Origin: a virus | Taxonomy: Duplodnaviria > Caudoviricetes | Strand: one strand, 5' to 3' | IMG/VR virus record: IMGVR_UViG_3300010429_001449 | Length of the DNA stretch: 64,000 nt | Part shown: in pieces, positions 28,379 through 37,537 of the stretch | Layout: the number at the start of each line of letters is the position of its first letter | Numbering within the stretch: the first letter of the stretch is position 1 | Position numbers and translations under genes: made by a program | Notes under the pieces: generated by a model | The model's database searches: none | What the model was told of the DNA's origin: nothing | What the model saw: the letters and a program-made list of their open reading frames with translations, nothing else

Positions 28379-31375
28379 TTAGCCGACTCCTACACCGCGT
28401 TGAGGACGCCTCGGCGCTTCGTAACGCCGCATCAATTCAACAGCCTCGTGCTTGGCAACGGCTTCGGCAATCTTGCGACCGTCGAGCATTACAGGGACCG
28501 TTATCGTTATTGTCGGGGCAGAACCTCCTCGTACAGCTTCTCTAGGCGCACCAGAATCTGCGCCGCTAGACACGGTGAAAGTCATTGCGGGTTGAAACAC
28601 AATGCGCGGGGCAACATCTCTCTTGAAACCATCCTCGGCCCCGCCGCGATTGACAGGAGTGAATGTTGTCCTGCTCTTATCCTCGCGCTCAAACAAACTC
28701 GCAGGAATTACCCACTCCGGTTCTCTTTCGGCGATGATAGCTAAAGTAGGCTTAGTCACCAGCGACGGATCACCGAGCATGGGAATCTGTTTCTGCGTCT
28801 CCGGACCTTCAAACAGAACTAGGTTGGCCATCTGCGGAGACATCTTGGTTGTTGTTCTGGCGATGCGTTTCAGCATCGTCTCAATTTGGCCAAACCCAGC
28901 GGATAGCGCGGTCAGAGACGGTTTTATTTCATCGACGCCTTCTCTGATATGAAGGAAAGACGATCTAGCAAATGGTGCAGCCCCCGCCTTGCTCATCTCT
29001 TCCGTGACTTTCCGTGCTTCACCTTGAACTTCGCGCAGCGCTTCTGCGGAAGTCTTGCCCTGCTTGTACACCATATCGAAGTACTTCTCTTGGAGACCGA
29101 CGGGAAGCTGGCCCAGCTTGTCGAGAAGATGATCGTGTGTAGCAATGAGAAGACGGTCGGACGCCATTATCTGTTCGTTAGTCCGCACCAAACCATCTTT
29201 CAGACGCTCTTGAGCTTCAGCCATTCGTTGCGCTTTGGTTGTGGTTCCAAAAAAAGCTGCTCCGATAGCAATAATACCACCTATGATCAGACCGAGACCG
29301 GGCAGTAGCATAGTCAAGGCTGTGGCTAATGAAACTGTAGCAACGGTAGAGGCTACTGTTGCAACTAGATGAATACCCAGCGCCACAGTTAAACCACCTA
29401 TGACCGCAGAAGCTACTCTTCCCGCCGCGCCCATAGATGACAGATAAAGCCCTAGTACGGCTACTGCTGCGCCTAACATTGTTAGCCGTAAGCTGATCGG
29501 GTCTAGCGACATCCTAAACGCCATTATTACCGGGATAACCGCGAGCACCGCATAGCCAAGACCACTAATGCCTTCGTTGGACAACACCATAAAAGCGGCA
29601 GTTAGAGCGCCCAAAATGGGAGTAGAAGTTCTGAGCGCCACAAACAAGCCAACAACGGCTGGCATTAATATTTCTGCGGCCCGCTTTGTGTCGCCAAGCG
29701 CCGTACCAAGTAAAGCGAAGGCCACCGCAGCAACAGTGACTGTTACACCCACACTGGACATTACTGCCCCACCGCCGGTCAGCGTCGTAAGAAGGAACGT
29801 AACGGCTGAACCTACGGCTGTAATGATTGGCGGAAGAAGAATGAACACTCCGCTCAAAGATGCGGCAGTTAACAAAGACTGCCTTATAGGTTCGGGCAAG
29901 TCCGTTATAGTCTTCGTAAGACCCTTAATCACGTCGGCTACCGCCTTGACGATGGGCGTAAAGGCTTCTCCCAGAACGATATTCAGATTGTCCAACACGC
30001 CCCGAAGTGTAACCAAGCTGTTTCGGAGAGTGTTGTTTTGTCTCTCAACCTCTTTCTGGTGCGCCAGCCACGCGGCTTCTTCGCTGCCCGTTTCTGCTAA
30101 TGTCTTTCTGTAGACATCAAACGTTCTGTTTAGCTCTCTCAGCAGAGGAACGTCTCTTTCTACAGAGAATCCCATCTGCTCGAACAAAAGAACGGCATCA
30201 ATAGCCCCAGGACCGCCCCAATCTATCTTGTCGACTTGTTCGGCGAACATCCTTATGGCATTTTCGGGTTTGGTCCACATAGCACTGTAGAACTCTGCTT
30301 GACCTGCCATAAATGGCATTAACGCTCCAGGCGTCAGATACATCTGTCTTATAAGACGATTCTGTATAGACGCCACTTCTTGGGAGCGGTCGCCCAACAT
30401 AGTAGCTGCGCCAGCAAGGGACAACAGACCTTCTTTAGAGATGCCCGCAAACTCCGCCATGACGGACGTGGCTCGAACGAATTGGCCGAGTTTTTCTACC
30501 GACTGTCCTGTAACTGCTGTTACGTGCTCTATGCTCAACTGGAGTTCATTAAGTTCTCCGGTAGACGCGCCAACATCCGTCAACGAAACAACGATGTCTC
30601 TAAAGCCTTTGGCCGCCCTTGCCGTTCCCTCGCCGGTAAAAATGCCCATGCGGAAAGCCGCATCTGCAAAAGCCGTGAGAGATTCCTGTCCCCGGATACC
30701 CGCAGGTATGAACTCTCGCATAGTGAGCAGCGCAGTTATGGCGTTTTGTTCCGTTCGCAGGAACGTCTCGCCCAACTCACTGCTGCTTATTCCTAATGCG
30801 CCCGTCACATTGCGAAGGCGAAGAACCGTAATCTCATACTCGGAATAGGCCGGAATCAATACGCCTAGAACATAAGCTACGCTCGCGTACTTTTTCGCTA
30901 AGTCTTCGATAAGACCCAGATCGGTAGGTGTAGGAACAACAGGCTTCTTCTGCGGAGTAGGATAAGGGCCGGGCGGCGGACCAGGAGGTGGACCTGTAGG
31001 CGAAACAGACGGGCCGGGAGGAAGCTGCGGAGGCGGTAGTGATCCCGAAGGAACTACAAGCCCCGCAGGTCCGGGCGTCCATCCGGGAGGCGCGGGCGGA
31101 GCCGGAGGAGCCGCTGGCGCGGCGGCGGGACTTGTCGGGGCAATGACTGGAGGACGCGGCGCAGCCGCTGTTGCAGCGAGATTGGAGTACTGAGCGAGTA
31201 ACGACGAGACTTGCGAGGCGTTCGATTCGATAGAGAGGTTAAGCGATCTGAGAGTCTGGCCCAGACCAGCCGCAGCCGTGTTGGACTGCGACAGATTCTG
31301 CACCAGACTCCCGGCATCCTGAGCAACGTCTCGGATGTTGCTTACGACTTCTATCAGGAAGCGTCGCTTAGCCAT
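28379..31375 (-). CDS. Tape measure protein
   Basis: 998 aa, Ala/Leu-rich helical, long hydrophobic tract, C-terminal PTLAIIAE..PEWVIP and LDGRKIA motifs. Follows the chaperone genes. Confidence 0.88.
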   Translation of the reverse strand: MAKRRFLIEVVSNIRDVAQDAGSLVQNLSQSNTAAAGLGQTLRSLNLSIESNASQVSSLLAQYSNLAATAAAPRPPVIAPTSPAAAPAAPPAPPAPPGWTPGPAGLVVPSGSLPPPQLPPGPSVSPTGPPPGPPPGPYPTPQKKPVVPTPTDLGLIEDLAKKYASVAYVLGVLIPAYSEYEITVLRLRNVTGALGISSSELGETFLRTEQNAITALLTMREFIPAGIRGQESLTAFADAAFRMGIFTGEGTARAAKGFRDIVVSLTDVGASTGELNELQLSIEHVTAVTGQSVEKLGQFVRATSVMAEFAGISKEGLLSLAGAATMLGDRSQEVASIQNRLIRQMYLTPGALMPFMAGQAEFYSAMWTKPENAIRMFAEQVDKIDWGGPGAIDAVLLFEQMGFSVERDVPLLRELNRTFDVYRKTLAETGSEEAAWLAHQKEVERQNNTLRNSLVTLRGVLDNLNIVLGEAFTPIVKAVADVIKGLTKTITDLPEPIRQSLLTAASLSGVFILLPPIITAVGSAVTFLLTTLTGGGAVMSSVGVTVTVAAVAFALLGTALGDTKRAAEILMPAVVGLFVALRTSTPILGALTAAFMVLSNEGISGLGYAVLAVIPVIMAFRMSLDPISLRLTMLGAAVAVLGLYLSSMGAAGRVASAVIGGLTVALGIHLVATVASTVATVSLATALTMLLPGLGLIIGGIIAIGAAFFGTTTKAQRMAEAQERLKDGLVRTNEQIMASDRLLIATHDHLLDKLGQLPVGLQEKYFDMVYKQGKTSAEALREVQGEARKVTEEMSKAGAAPFARSSFLHIREGVDEIKPSLTALSAGFGQIETMLKRIARTTTKMSPQMANLVLFEGPETQKQIPMLGDPSLVTKPTLAIIAEREPEWVIPASLFEREDKSRTTFTPVNRGGAEDGFKRDVAPRIVFQPAMTFTVSSGADSGAPREAVRGGSAPTITITVPVMLDGRKIAEAVAKHEAVELMRRYEAPRRPQRGVGVG

Positions 31376-31379
31376 TGCC

Positions 31380-31610
31380 CTATCCCAACGGGGTTGATTG
31401 CTGTCCCTTGTATGCGTCGTTCACCGCGTCGGCGTACTCTTCGCATTTCTCGTACCACCAAGCCCGCTCATCATCTGGCATCAGCATTATCTCCGTGTAG
31501 GAGAAATGCAGCACCTGAGCGATAAGGAAGGCTTGGTAGTTGACTTCGTCTACGCTTAGCTGGGCTTCTCTTGCCGCTTCCTCCTCGTTACCTCCGGATC
31601 GAAGAAAAAA
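31380..31610 (-). CDS. Tail assembly chaperone C-terminal extension (gpT-like, expressed by -1 frameshift)
   Basis: FLIAQVLHFSYTEIMLMP..ER.WW motif. No credible start of its own. Entered via the slippery heptamer at 31610-31604. Confidence 0.8.
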   Translation of the reverse strand, partial: FFLRSGGNEEEAAREAQLSVDEVNYQAFLIAQVLHFSYTEIMLMPDDERAWWYEKCEEYADAVNDAYKGQQSTPLG

Positions 31611-32356
31611 TCCGCGCTCTGGAAAACCATCTGGTTTTCCGCGCCGCAATTGGGACAGCGAACCGGTTCGCTGAAATCGGGTCCGGGTTGGTGCGAGTAG
31701 AACTCGCTCTGGATGAAATCAAGAGCGGGCAGCGGCAGGTTCTCAAAGAGATTGGCTTCAACCTCCATCTGAGAAGCGCCGTTGAAAGAGATCAAACAAC
31801 GCCCAAGCAGCGTGTAAACGCTGGCCACGGGGTTGGCCCGCATGGATTTGGCGATTACGGCTTGATCCGCGCCCGTGGGGAAACGAAACACGGCTTCGAC
31901 ACCGTATTCCTCCGACTGAACCTTAAACACGCGCTGAGGCCGTCCTTGACCGTCCTGAACGACTTCAACATCCTTGGGCATCGGGTAGACCGGCACGTCG
32001 TTGGTGATGCTGAACGTGCCGTGGAACGGCTCTTCGCAAGTGCCGCAAGACATCGAGAAGCGAACGTCGTCGCCCTTCGATATCTTCCTGATCTGGAGCA
32101 AGAGAAACTCCCTGTCGCCAAGAAGCATCTCCGTGAAAGTTCGGCGGTCAATCTTGACGCTGCCGAGAGCCTTCACGCAGCTTTGAAGGATAACGTCTGT
32201 TACCCTCGTGGCGTCCCTGCGAACGTCCGCCCTAGCGATGTCTTTCCGGGTCATTCCCGTCATCGGGATGATGTCGGCGGTCGTTACGACCTTATCGCCG
32301 TCCATTACGCCTGCCGGGAGTACAACTCCCACTGGTTGAATCAACGACTCCATCAC
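31556..32356 (-). CDS. Tail assembly chaperone (gpG-like) with two CxxC motifs
   Basis: V.LPAG, LLGDREFLLL.IR, CGTC, FRFPTGADQ, PGPD....CPNCG...DFFF. Confidence 0.82.
   Translation of the reverse strand: MMESLIQPVGVVLPAGVMDGDKVVTTADIIPMTGMTRKDIARADVRRDATRVTDVILQSCVKALGSVKIDRRTFTEMLLGDREFLLLQIRKISKGDDVRFSMSCGTCEEPFHGTFSITNDVPVYPMPKDVEVVQDGQGRPQRVFKVQSEEYGVEAVFRFPTGADQAVIAKSMRANPVASVYTLLGRCLISFNGASQMEVEANLFENLPLPALDFIQSEFYSHQPGPDFSEPVRCPNCGAENQMVFQSADFFFDPEVTRRKRQEKPS
31604..31610 (-). other. -1 programmed frameshift slippery site U UUU UUC
   Basis: Minus strand reads GCG GAT TTT TTC TTC. The -1 frame continues TTT TTT CTT CGA TCC GGA... to the stop at 31380. Confidence 0.85.
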
Positions 32357-32410
32357 AAACCTCCTTGGTCACAGACCATTGGAAGAAGAACACAACGCGG
32401 CGCAGCAGCA

Positions 32411-32974
32411 TTAGCCCAACTTCTTTCCCCAATGAATGCCCTCGTGCGCAACAACGAGGTTCTGAATCCAGACTTCGTTGCCCGCCGCGTTGAGTTCGTT
32501 GGTGCTTATTTCTTTCGGCCACGCACGCAAAAGCGTAACCGTCCTAGCGATCCTCGGCGACACCTCGCCGCTGCTGACATCTCCCTTATCGTAAACGTCT
32601 ATCCTGATTGTGCCTTTGTATCCCGCGTCAGAAGAACCCTCTTGGCCATCCAGCGTAGCTTGTGTAACAATGTCGTTAGCAGGCACGCCAGCAATGTTTT
32701 GGGTCCACTTAAGCAACTCTTGACTGTCGGGAGACCATCCACGCGAAAACGCCACGTCATCGTACTTCACGAGACCCGGAGTTTTCTTGACGGTGACGCC
32801 GAACTTGTAATTACCCTCGCGGTAATCAATCTCGGCTACGGCCTGTTTCAGGCCGCTAACCTTCATGAAACCACAAACCGCCCCGGTAGCGTAACCGTTA
32901 ACCGAGTCTATTGTGACAGCGTACCTGAAGTTTCGGATCGGATCGGCAGGCCCTATTTCTACGGGAATTGCCAT
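32411..32974 (-). CDS. Tail tube protein (T4 gp19-like), paralog 3
   Basis: DPIRNFRY...GF.KVSGL....I.YREG...K.PGL.KY..V...RG...AWP...L.A.GN.V.I..L...HEG. Strong SD AGGAGG. Confidence 0.92.
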   Translation of the reverse strand: MAIPVEIGPADPIRNFRYAVTIDSVNGYATGAVCGFMKVSGLKQAVAEIDYREGNYKFGVTVKKTPGLVKYDDVAFSRGWSPDSQELLKWTQNIAGVPANDIVTQATLDGQEGSSDAGYKGTIRIDVYDKGDVSSGEVSPRIARTVTLLRAWPKEISTNELNAAGNEVWIQNLVVAHEGIHWGKKLG

Positions 32975-32986
32975 GACAAACCTCCT

Positions 32987-33646
32987 TTAATCAAGCCTGA
33001 ATGGCCCTGTAATGTCCAAGTTGTCGCCTGCATCCGCGATGCTCTGGCGCATCGCGGACTTGAACCTGTCGGCGACCTTTTCCATCCAACTGGAAGGCTC
33101 GCCCCATGCGAGTCCTTCGTGAACAAGAGTCATTGACTCTATGATGACGGCGTTGCCCATGCCTTCGAGCGGTGTTACAGCGAGCTTGGCGGGCCAAGCG
33201 CGATACAAATAACACTTGCGAGAGACGAAGGCCGGATCGCCCTTGCCCAGAATCGAAATGGTCACGGTTCGTTTGTACGGAGCCTGGCTGTGCTTCAGCG
33301 GGGCCAAACCGTCTTCAACACGCCTTCCGCCAGCGGTTCCGCCGACTTGCATACGCCACCGTTCGAGCGTCGTGTTTTCAGAAAATCCGCTTTCGAGCAC
33401 GACGGGAGAGTACTTTATGAGACCGGGCGACTTCTTGGGCGTGACGCCCCATTTGTAGTTGCCCTCGCGGTACTCTATGACGTTGGACTCTTCTTCGATG
33501 CCGGACACTTTCGTGAATCCGGCCTCGCTCAACAAACCAGCAACGGAGACGTGGTAACGAAAATTGCGCAGCGGCTCGTTCAACTCCGAGCTTATCGTTC
33601 CCGTGCTGGCTCTTGAAAAGATGTTGTCGAAGAATCCCATCGTCAT
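32987..33646 (-). CDS. Tail tube protein (T4 gp19-like), paralog 2
   Basis: EPLRNFRY...GF.KVSG...IEYREG...K.PGL.KY...AWP...IESMTL.HEG. Confidence 0.9.
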   Translation of the reverse strand: MTMGFFDNIFSRASTGTISSELNEPLRNFRYHVSVAGLLSEAGFTKVSGIEEESNVIEYREGNYKWGVTPKKSPGLIKYSPVVLESGFSENTTLERWRMQVGGTAGGRRVEDGLAPLKHSQAPYKRTVTISILGKGDPAFVSRKCYLYRAWPAKLAVTPLEGMGNAVIIESMTLVHEGLAWGEPSSWMEKVADRFKSAMRQSIADAGDNLDITGPFRLD

Positions 33647-33649
33647 TCC

Positions 33650-34189
33650 TCAGATGAACGAGATGCCTTCACACGCCACAGTAAGCTTGTGAATCAGAAT
33701 CTTACTGGATTCTGCGTCTAGTGTATCAGCCTCCAGACCAATAGGCCAAGCATAATGTAGTACGAAGCCGTGCATCGGCCACGCAGCCTCTAAGCCAGTA
33801 GCGCCTAAGCCTGCAGGGTCTTGCATACCAACGGCACCAACAAAACCACCCTTGTAAAACTTAGGCGCAGGAAGGTGAATATTAACCTTCTTGAAGCCAG
33901 TGTAAGGGCCAAACCCTCCTTTTCGCCCCAGAGCGAAAAGTTGGCGCATCTTCGCAAACAAAAGGCTATTTTCGGTCACGCCCCGCTCAAAGACAACAGG
34001 TCCAAAATCGGCCACGTCCGGCAATTTTCGTGGAGAGAGAAGCTCCGTGCATTCGGTCCAAACAAGGGGGGTTATGGAGGCTCTTAGGCCGGATATTTTC
34101 GAGAAACCTACCGAATCCACTCCATCAAAGTTCACAGTAAACTTGAAGCCTACGGTAGGGTCTTCGGGGCCTAGTTGAATGGTCGCCAT
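33650..34189 (-). CDS. Tail tube protein (T4 gp19-like), divergent paralog 1
   Basis: DP..GFKF.V...GFSKISGL...KLP....F...VFERG...AWP.....LDA.SS.I.I..L...EG. Confidence 0.85.
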   Translation of the reverse strand: MATIQLGPEDPTVGFKFTVNFDGVDSVGFSKISGLRASITPLVWTECTELLSPRKLPDVADFGPVVFERGVTENSLLFAKMRQLFALGRKGGFGPYTGFKKVNIHLPAPKFYKGGFVGAVGMQDPAGLGATGLEAAWPMHGFVLHYAWPIGLEADTLDAESSKILIHKLTVACEGISFI

Positions 34190-34325
34190 CTAAACCAATC
34201 CGCACTTACAAAGCGCTTGGAGTGGCGCGTCAACCGAACCGGGCGGCGTAACGAACGCCAGCCACAGGCTGGCGCGGCAACTCCACGATCAAGCCGCGCC
34301 ACAAAGGCTGGGCGCGTGCTTCTGC
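34190..34325 (-). ncRNA. Candidate structured 5' leader / cis-regulatory RNA
   Basis: About 135 nt of GC-rich sequence between promoter and tube gene, with overlapping alternative stems (see findings). Confidence 0.45.
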
Positions 34326-34329
34326 GATG

Positions 34330-34341
34330 ATTATAGCACAA
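34330..34341 (-). promoter_or_regulatory. Extended -10 promoter upstream of the tube genes
   Basis: TTGTGCTATAAT, identical to 5018-5007. Confidence 0.65.
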
Positions 34342-34395
34342 GTGTTTTCAAGAAAGAAAGACCCTGATTCGAGAATTTTGGCGCAACCAAGGGTA

Positions 34396-34432
34396 CAAGA
34401 AAGGAGGCTTGCCGTCTCCGACAAGCCTCCTT
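34396..34432 (-). terminator. Rho-independent terminator after the sheath gene
   Basis: AAGGAGGCTTG-TCG-GAGA-CGG-CAAGCCTCCTT followed by TCTTGT. Confidence 0.75.
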
Positions 34433-34454
34433 GAGCTTCCTGCTCCTGAGAGTT

Positions 34455-37184
34455 CTAGCCTCTGCGGCTGATTTCTTCGCTGATCGTCGTCCCGCCACTC
34501 CAAAGGCCGACCCTGAAGATAACGAACTCTGCAGGGTACTGCGGGTTGATTCCAACTTCGCAGAACACGCGCCCGGCGCGACGTTCGGAATCCGGGTTCG
34601 TTTCCTCGTCGCACTTGACGAAGTAGGCGCGGGATTCGTCCGTGGGCGGATAGAGCATTCCACGCGCCCACATCGAGGACAGGAACTCGCCTACGACGGC
34701 GTTTATCTGTCCCCACAGCCGTTGATCGTTAGGCTCGTAGATGACCCAGCGCATTCCTTCCTTCAAGGACGCCTTGACGAAGTTGACCGTCCTGCGGATG
34801 GAGATGTAGTGGAATCCGTCCTGAACGCTCGTCATTGTCCGAGCGCCCATGCAGCGGATGCCCTGGCCGGGGAAGAACCGGATTACGTTGATTCCTGCGG
34901 GGTGCAGGAGGTCGTGCTCGCGGTCGTTCACGCGGTATTGGACATCTACGATGCCGTTGATCGGAATGTTCGCCGGAGAGACGTGTACGCCTCGCACAGC
35001 GCCTACGGCTGCCCATTGACCGGCCATGTAACCGCTCGGCGGGAAGTATTCGCGCCGATCCGGGTTGAAATCGTCAACGATGGCCAACCAAGGGTAGTAG
35101 AAGGCCGCGTGGCTCGTGTCCAGATTGAGCGTGTACTGGCGGTAGTAAAGGATTTCCTGCGGCTCGTCGTACTGCGCGGAGTAAGGAGCGTCCAGCAAGC
35201 AGTCGATGAAGCCGTTGTTCTCGCACCAGCCGCCGAGACCCACCTGAACACCTACGTCGGTTACGCCCGGAATGGCCACGAAATTGAGGGTTGGAACGTC
35301 CTCGAAGAGGTAAACGCCGCTCTTGGGCGGAATCGGGCCTTCGTAACCTAGGTAGTCCTGGGCCACAAGAGTCGATCCGTCATGGCCGAAGGCCAGCGAC
35401 ACATTTACGACCGGGTACGGAATCAGTTGCCAGTATGCGCCCGCGAGCGCGGGGGACGCGCCTTGATCCGTCGCCGTGATGAAGTAGCTCTCGTTGCTGT
35501 CGCCGGAAAGGCGAATCGCAATGTCGTCGTCTTCGTTGGTCACAACGGCGTTAGGCATCGCCAAACCTACGAAAGACTCGGCCAACTGGCTCTTTTCGTA
35601 GATTTGCATACTGAACTCTTGGCTTACGACGTTCGCGCCCGTCAGAATCGTGGACGACAACACTACCGCAGCGAACTTGATCTTGCCCGGCTCTACGGCG
35701 GTAACAACTACCGTGGCGAGCGTTGTGCCGTCCTCGATTGTAACGACTTGACCTACTCTCGCGGCGTAAGTTGAACTGACCGTCAGTTCGGTGTCGCCGT
35801 TGGCGAGAGGAGCCGTGCTGACCGTGGACATTCTGTGGTAGGAGGCGCTGCGAATGATCGCGTCTGCCGCGATGGTATTGGGGTTGCCGGGGTTTGTGTT
35901 GTCGCCGGAATGCAGCGTGATCTGGAACGTTGCAACGTTAACATCCGTACAGATGCCTACGAATGTCTGTCCCGGAGCCACAGCGTCCTCAACAACGATT
36001 ACGTCGCCGATCTGGATGCCATTGATGTTCGACACCGTGAGGACAACGACCGCGCCCGGACCCGGAGCAACCGGCGCAAGCTCGTTGACAGTCGTTTGGA
36101 GCTTCTGGGTCGTTATGGACAGACTGTTGCCCCAGAAGCCTTCGCTGATGGCGTCAATCTTCAGCGTATCCTCTTGGCCGTCCGTCGAACCCGTTATGCC
36201 CGCCGTGTCGATGCCTATCGTTGCAGCAGGCGTTCCAACTAAGTCGGCGATAACGAGTGTTCCAGCTACACCCGACGTGATCGAACGAACGCGAACAGCC
36301 GCGCCCAGCGCGTCCACATCGGCGGTAGCAGGCTCAAGAACGGCGCTCATGATCGTGTTCAATTCCGTGGACGATACGCTGTCGATGTTCTGAACGTTTC
36401 CACCGCCGCTGTACGTTCCGGCGGTCAGCAGGAGAGGAACCAGCGCGTTCAAGGGGCCTGCGCCAGCCGTGAGGATCAGGCTGGAGGACAACCCTTCAGT
36501 ATCGGACGTAATGGTAAGGGTGTAAGTAAGCGGGGCTACCAGCGTGGCTGTCATTACGCCACCGTGAAGCTGACCGTTTACGTCGGCGAGAAGCTCGTTC
36601 TGGTCGGCGTACGTGCCGCCGCCGCCACCGCTCAGCGTAATGGTTTGAACGTCCGCCTCACTATCCGTCTGTACCGTGAAGTAGAAACCAGCCGTGGCCG
36701 CCAGCGGGAACAGAACCGGTGCGCCGGTATGCGTCGCCGGTGTAGCGGTGAACGTAATTGGCAGCGGGCCGCCCGTGTCGGACGTAACGTTGAAGCTGTC
36801 GCCGTTGTCGAGATTGAAGGGGCCTGAGCCTCCGACAATCTCAGCGGGAGTGTCCTGGAACGCGGTCTCGCCCAGCATCCCCGTGGCTTTCTGCAGCACG
36901 GTATCGCGTTGATTCAAAACGCGAACGACGTAGGCAATCCGCCCGCCGTTCTCGAAGAAGGCCCTAACCGAAGGTTGAAGGAAGCTGCCCGAATAGCGGC
37001 CTCCAAAGCGGCTGTTGAAGTCTTCGGTGTTCGTGACCACAACAGCGCGGTCAAGCGGCCCCTTCTCGGCAATACCGATGAAGCCCGCAACGTTGGCGCT
37101 TACTCCAGCGAGACGCGGGACTCCGCGTTCTTCAATGACGAAAACGTCTGGGTGTAACGTCTCGATGGCCGGAAGTGGCGACAT
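34455..37184 (-). CDS. Contractile tail sheath protein with inserted domains
   Basis: PDVF..E, AGFIG.AEKGP, V.AFF.NGG...YVVRV, A.YYPW, PPSG..AG, RGV..SPAN, GIN.IR.FPG.GI...GART, E.ND..LW, YFVKCD.ETN, PAEFVIFR. Confidence 0.96.
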   Translation of the reverse strand: MSPLPAIETLHPDVFVIEERGVPRLAGVSANVAGFIGIAEKGPLDRAVVVTNTEDFNSRFGGRYSGSFLQPSVRAFFENGGRIAYVVRVLNQRDTVLQKATGMLGETAFQDTPAEIVGGSGPFNLDNGDSFNVTSDTGGPLPITFTATPATHTGAPVLFPLAATAGFYFTVQTDSEADVQTITLSGGGGGTYADQNELLADVNGQLHGGVMTATLVAPLTYTLTITSDTEGLSSSLILTAGAGPLNALVPLLLTAGTYSGGGNVQNIDSVSSTELNTIMSAVLEPATADVDALGAAVRVRSITSGVAGTLVIADLVGTPAATIGIDTAGITGSTDGQEDTLKIDAISEGFWGNSLSITTQKLQTTVNELAPVAPGPGAVVVLTVSNINGIQIGDVIVVEDAVAPGQTFVGICTDVNVATFQITLHSGDNTNPGNPNTIAADAIIRSASYHRMSTVSTAPLANGDTELTVSSTYAARVGQVVTIEDGTTLATVVVTAVEPGKIKFAAVVLSSTILTGANVVSQEFSMQIYEKSQLAESFVGLAMPNAVVTNEDDDIAIRLSGDSNESYFITATDQGASPALAGAYWQLIPYPVVNVSLAFGHDGSTLVAQDYLGYEGPIPPKSGVYLFEDVPTLNFVAIPGVTDVGVQVGLGGWCENNGFIDCLLDAPYSAQYDEPQEILYYRQYTLNLDTSHAAFYYPWLAIVDDFNPDRREYFPPSGYMAGQWAAVGAVRGVHVSPANIPINGIVDVQYRVNDREHDLLHPAGINVIRFFPGQGIRCMGARTMTSVQDGFHYISIRRTVNFVKASLKEGMRWVIYEPNDQRLWGQINAVVGEFLSSMWARGMLYPPTDESRAYFVKCDEETNPDSERRAGRVFCEVGINPQYPAEFVIFRVGLWSGGTTISEEISRRG

Positions 37185-37215
37185 CTGTTATCTCCTACTC
37201 GCTTGCTTGGGCGGG

Positions 37216-37512
37216 TTAATCCTCCGCCTTTTGCTGGGATTGCGCCACAGGCTTTGCTTGGGCGGCTCTTACTGCCGCTTTCTTCGCGTCCACTTTGCGC
37301 TGCGCCCTGACCTGCATCGTAGTAACGTCGACCAAAATGTGCTTTTTGATCAACCGGGCGACAAACTTCGACTGAACATCAGCCACATGAAGTTTTTTGG
37401 TTTCGCCGGGCTTGAAGAAGGTGCTACGAGGCTTACCTTTACGACTGAGGGCGGGCAATTCGACACAAAGAAGAGACCGATTCGTAGATCGCAGATACCT
37501 ATGCTGTTGCAC
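37216..37512 (-). CDS. Small basic virion-associated protein
   Basis: SD GGAGG followed by GTG at 37512. Lies between the tail terminator-like gene and the sheath. Confidence 0.6.
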   Translation of the reverse strand: MQQHRYLRSTNRSLLCVELPALSRKGKPRSTFFKPGETKKLHVADVQSKFVARLIKKHILVDVTTMQVRAQRKVDAKKAAVRAAQAKPVAQSQQKAED

Positions 37513-37537
37513 GCTCGATCCTCCACAGGTGGACCGT

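Noticed and set aside
31571-33136. 521-aa plus-strand ORF (also 11440-12558, 20240-21346, 5696-6733, 43122-44108, 34431-35351)
   Set aside because: These lie antisense to well-supported structural genes, have no recognisable motifs, and are expected shadow ORFs given GC-rich codon bias.
34268-34302. Possible HDV-like/theta ribozyme (CTCCACG loop on the plus strand)
   Set aside because: Only a simple hairpin. I could not build the nested P2/P3 double pseudoknot.
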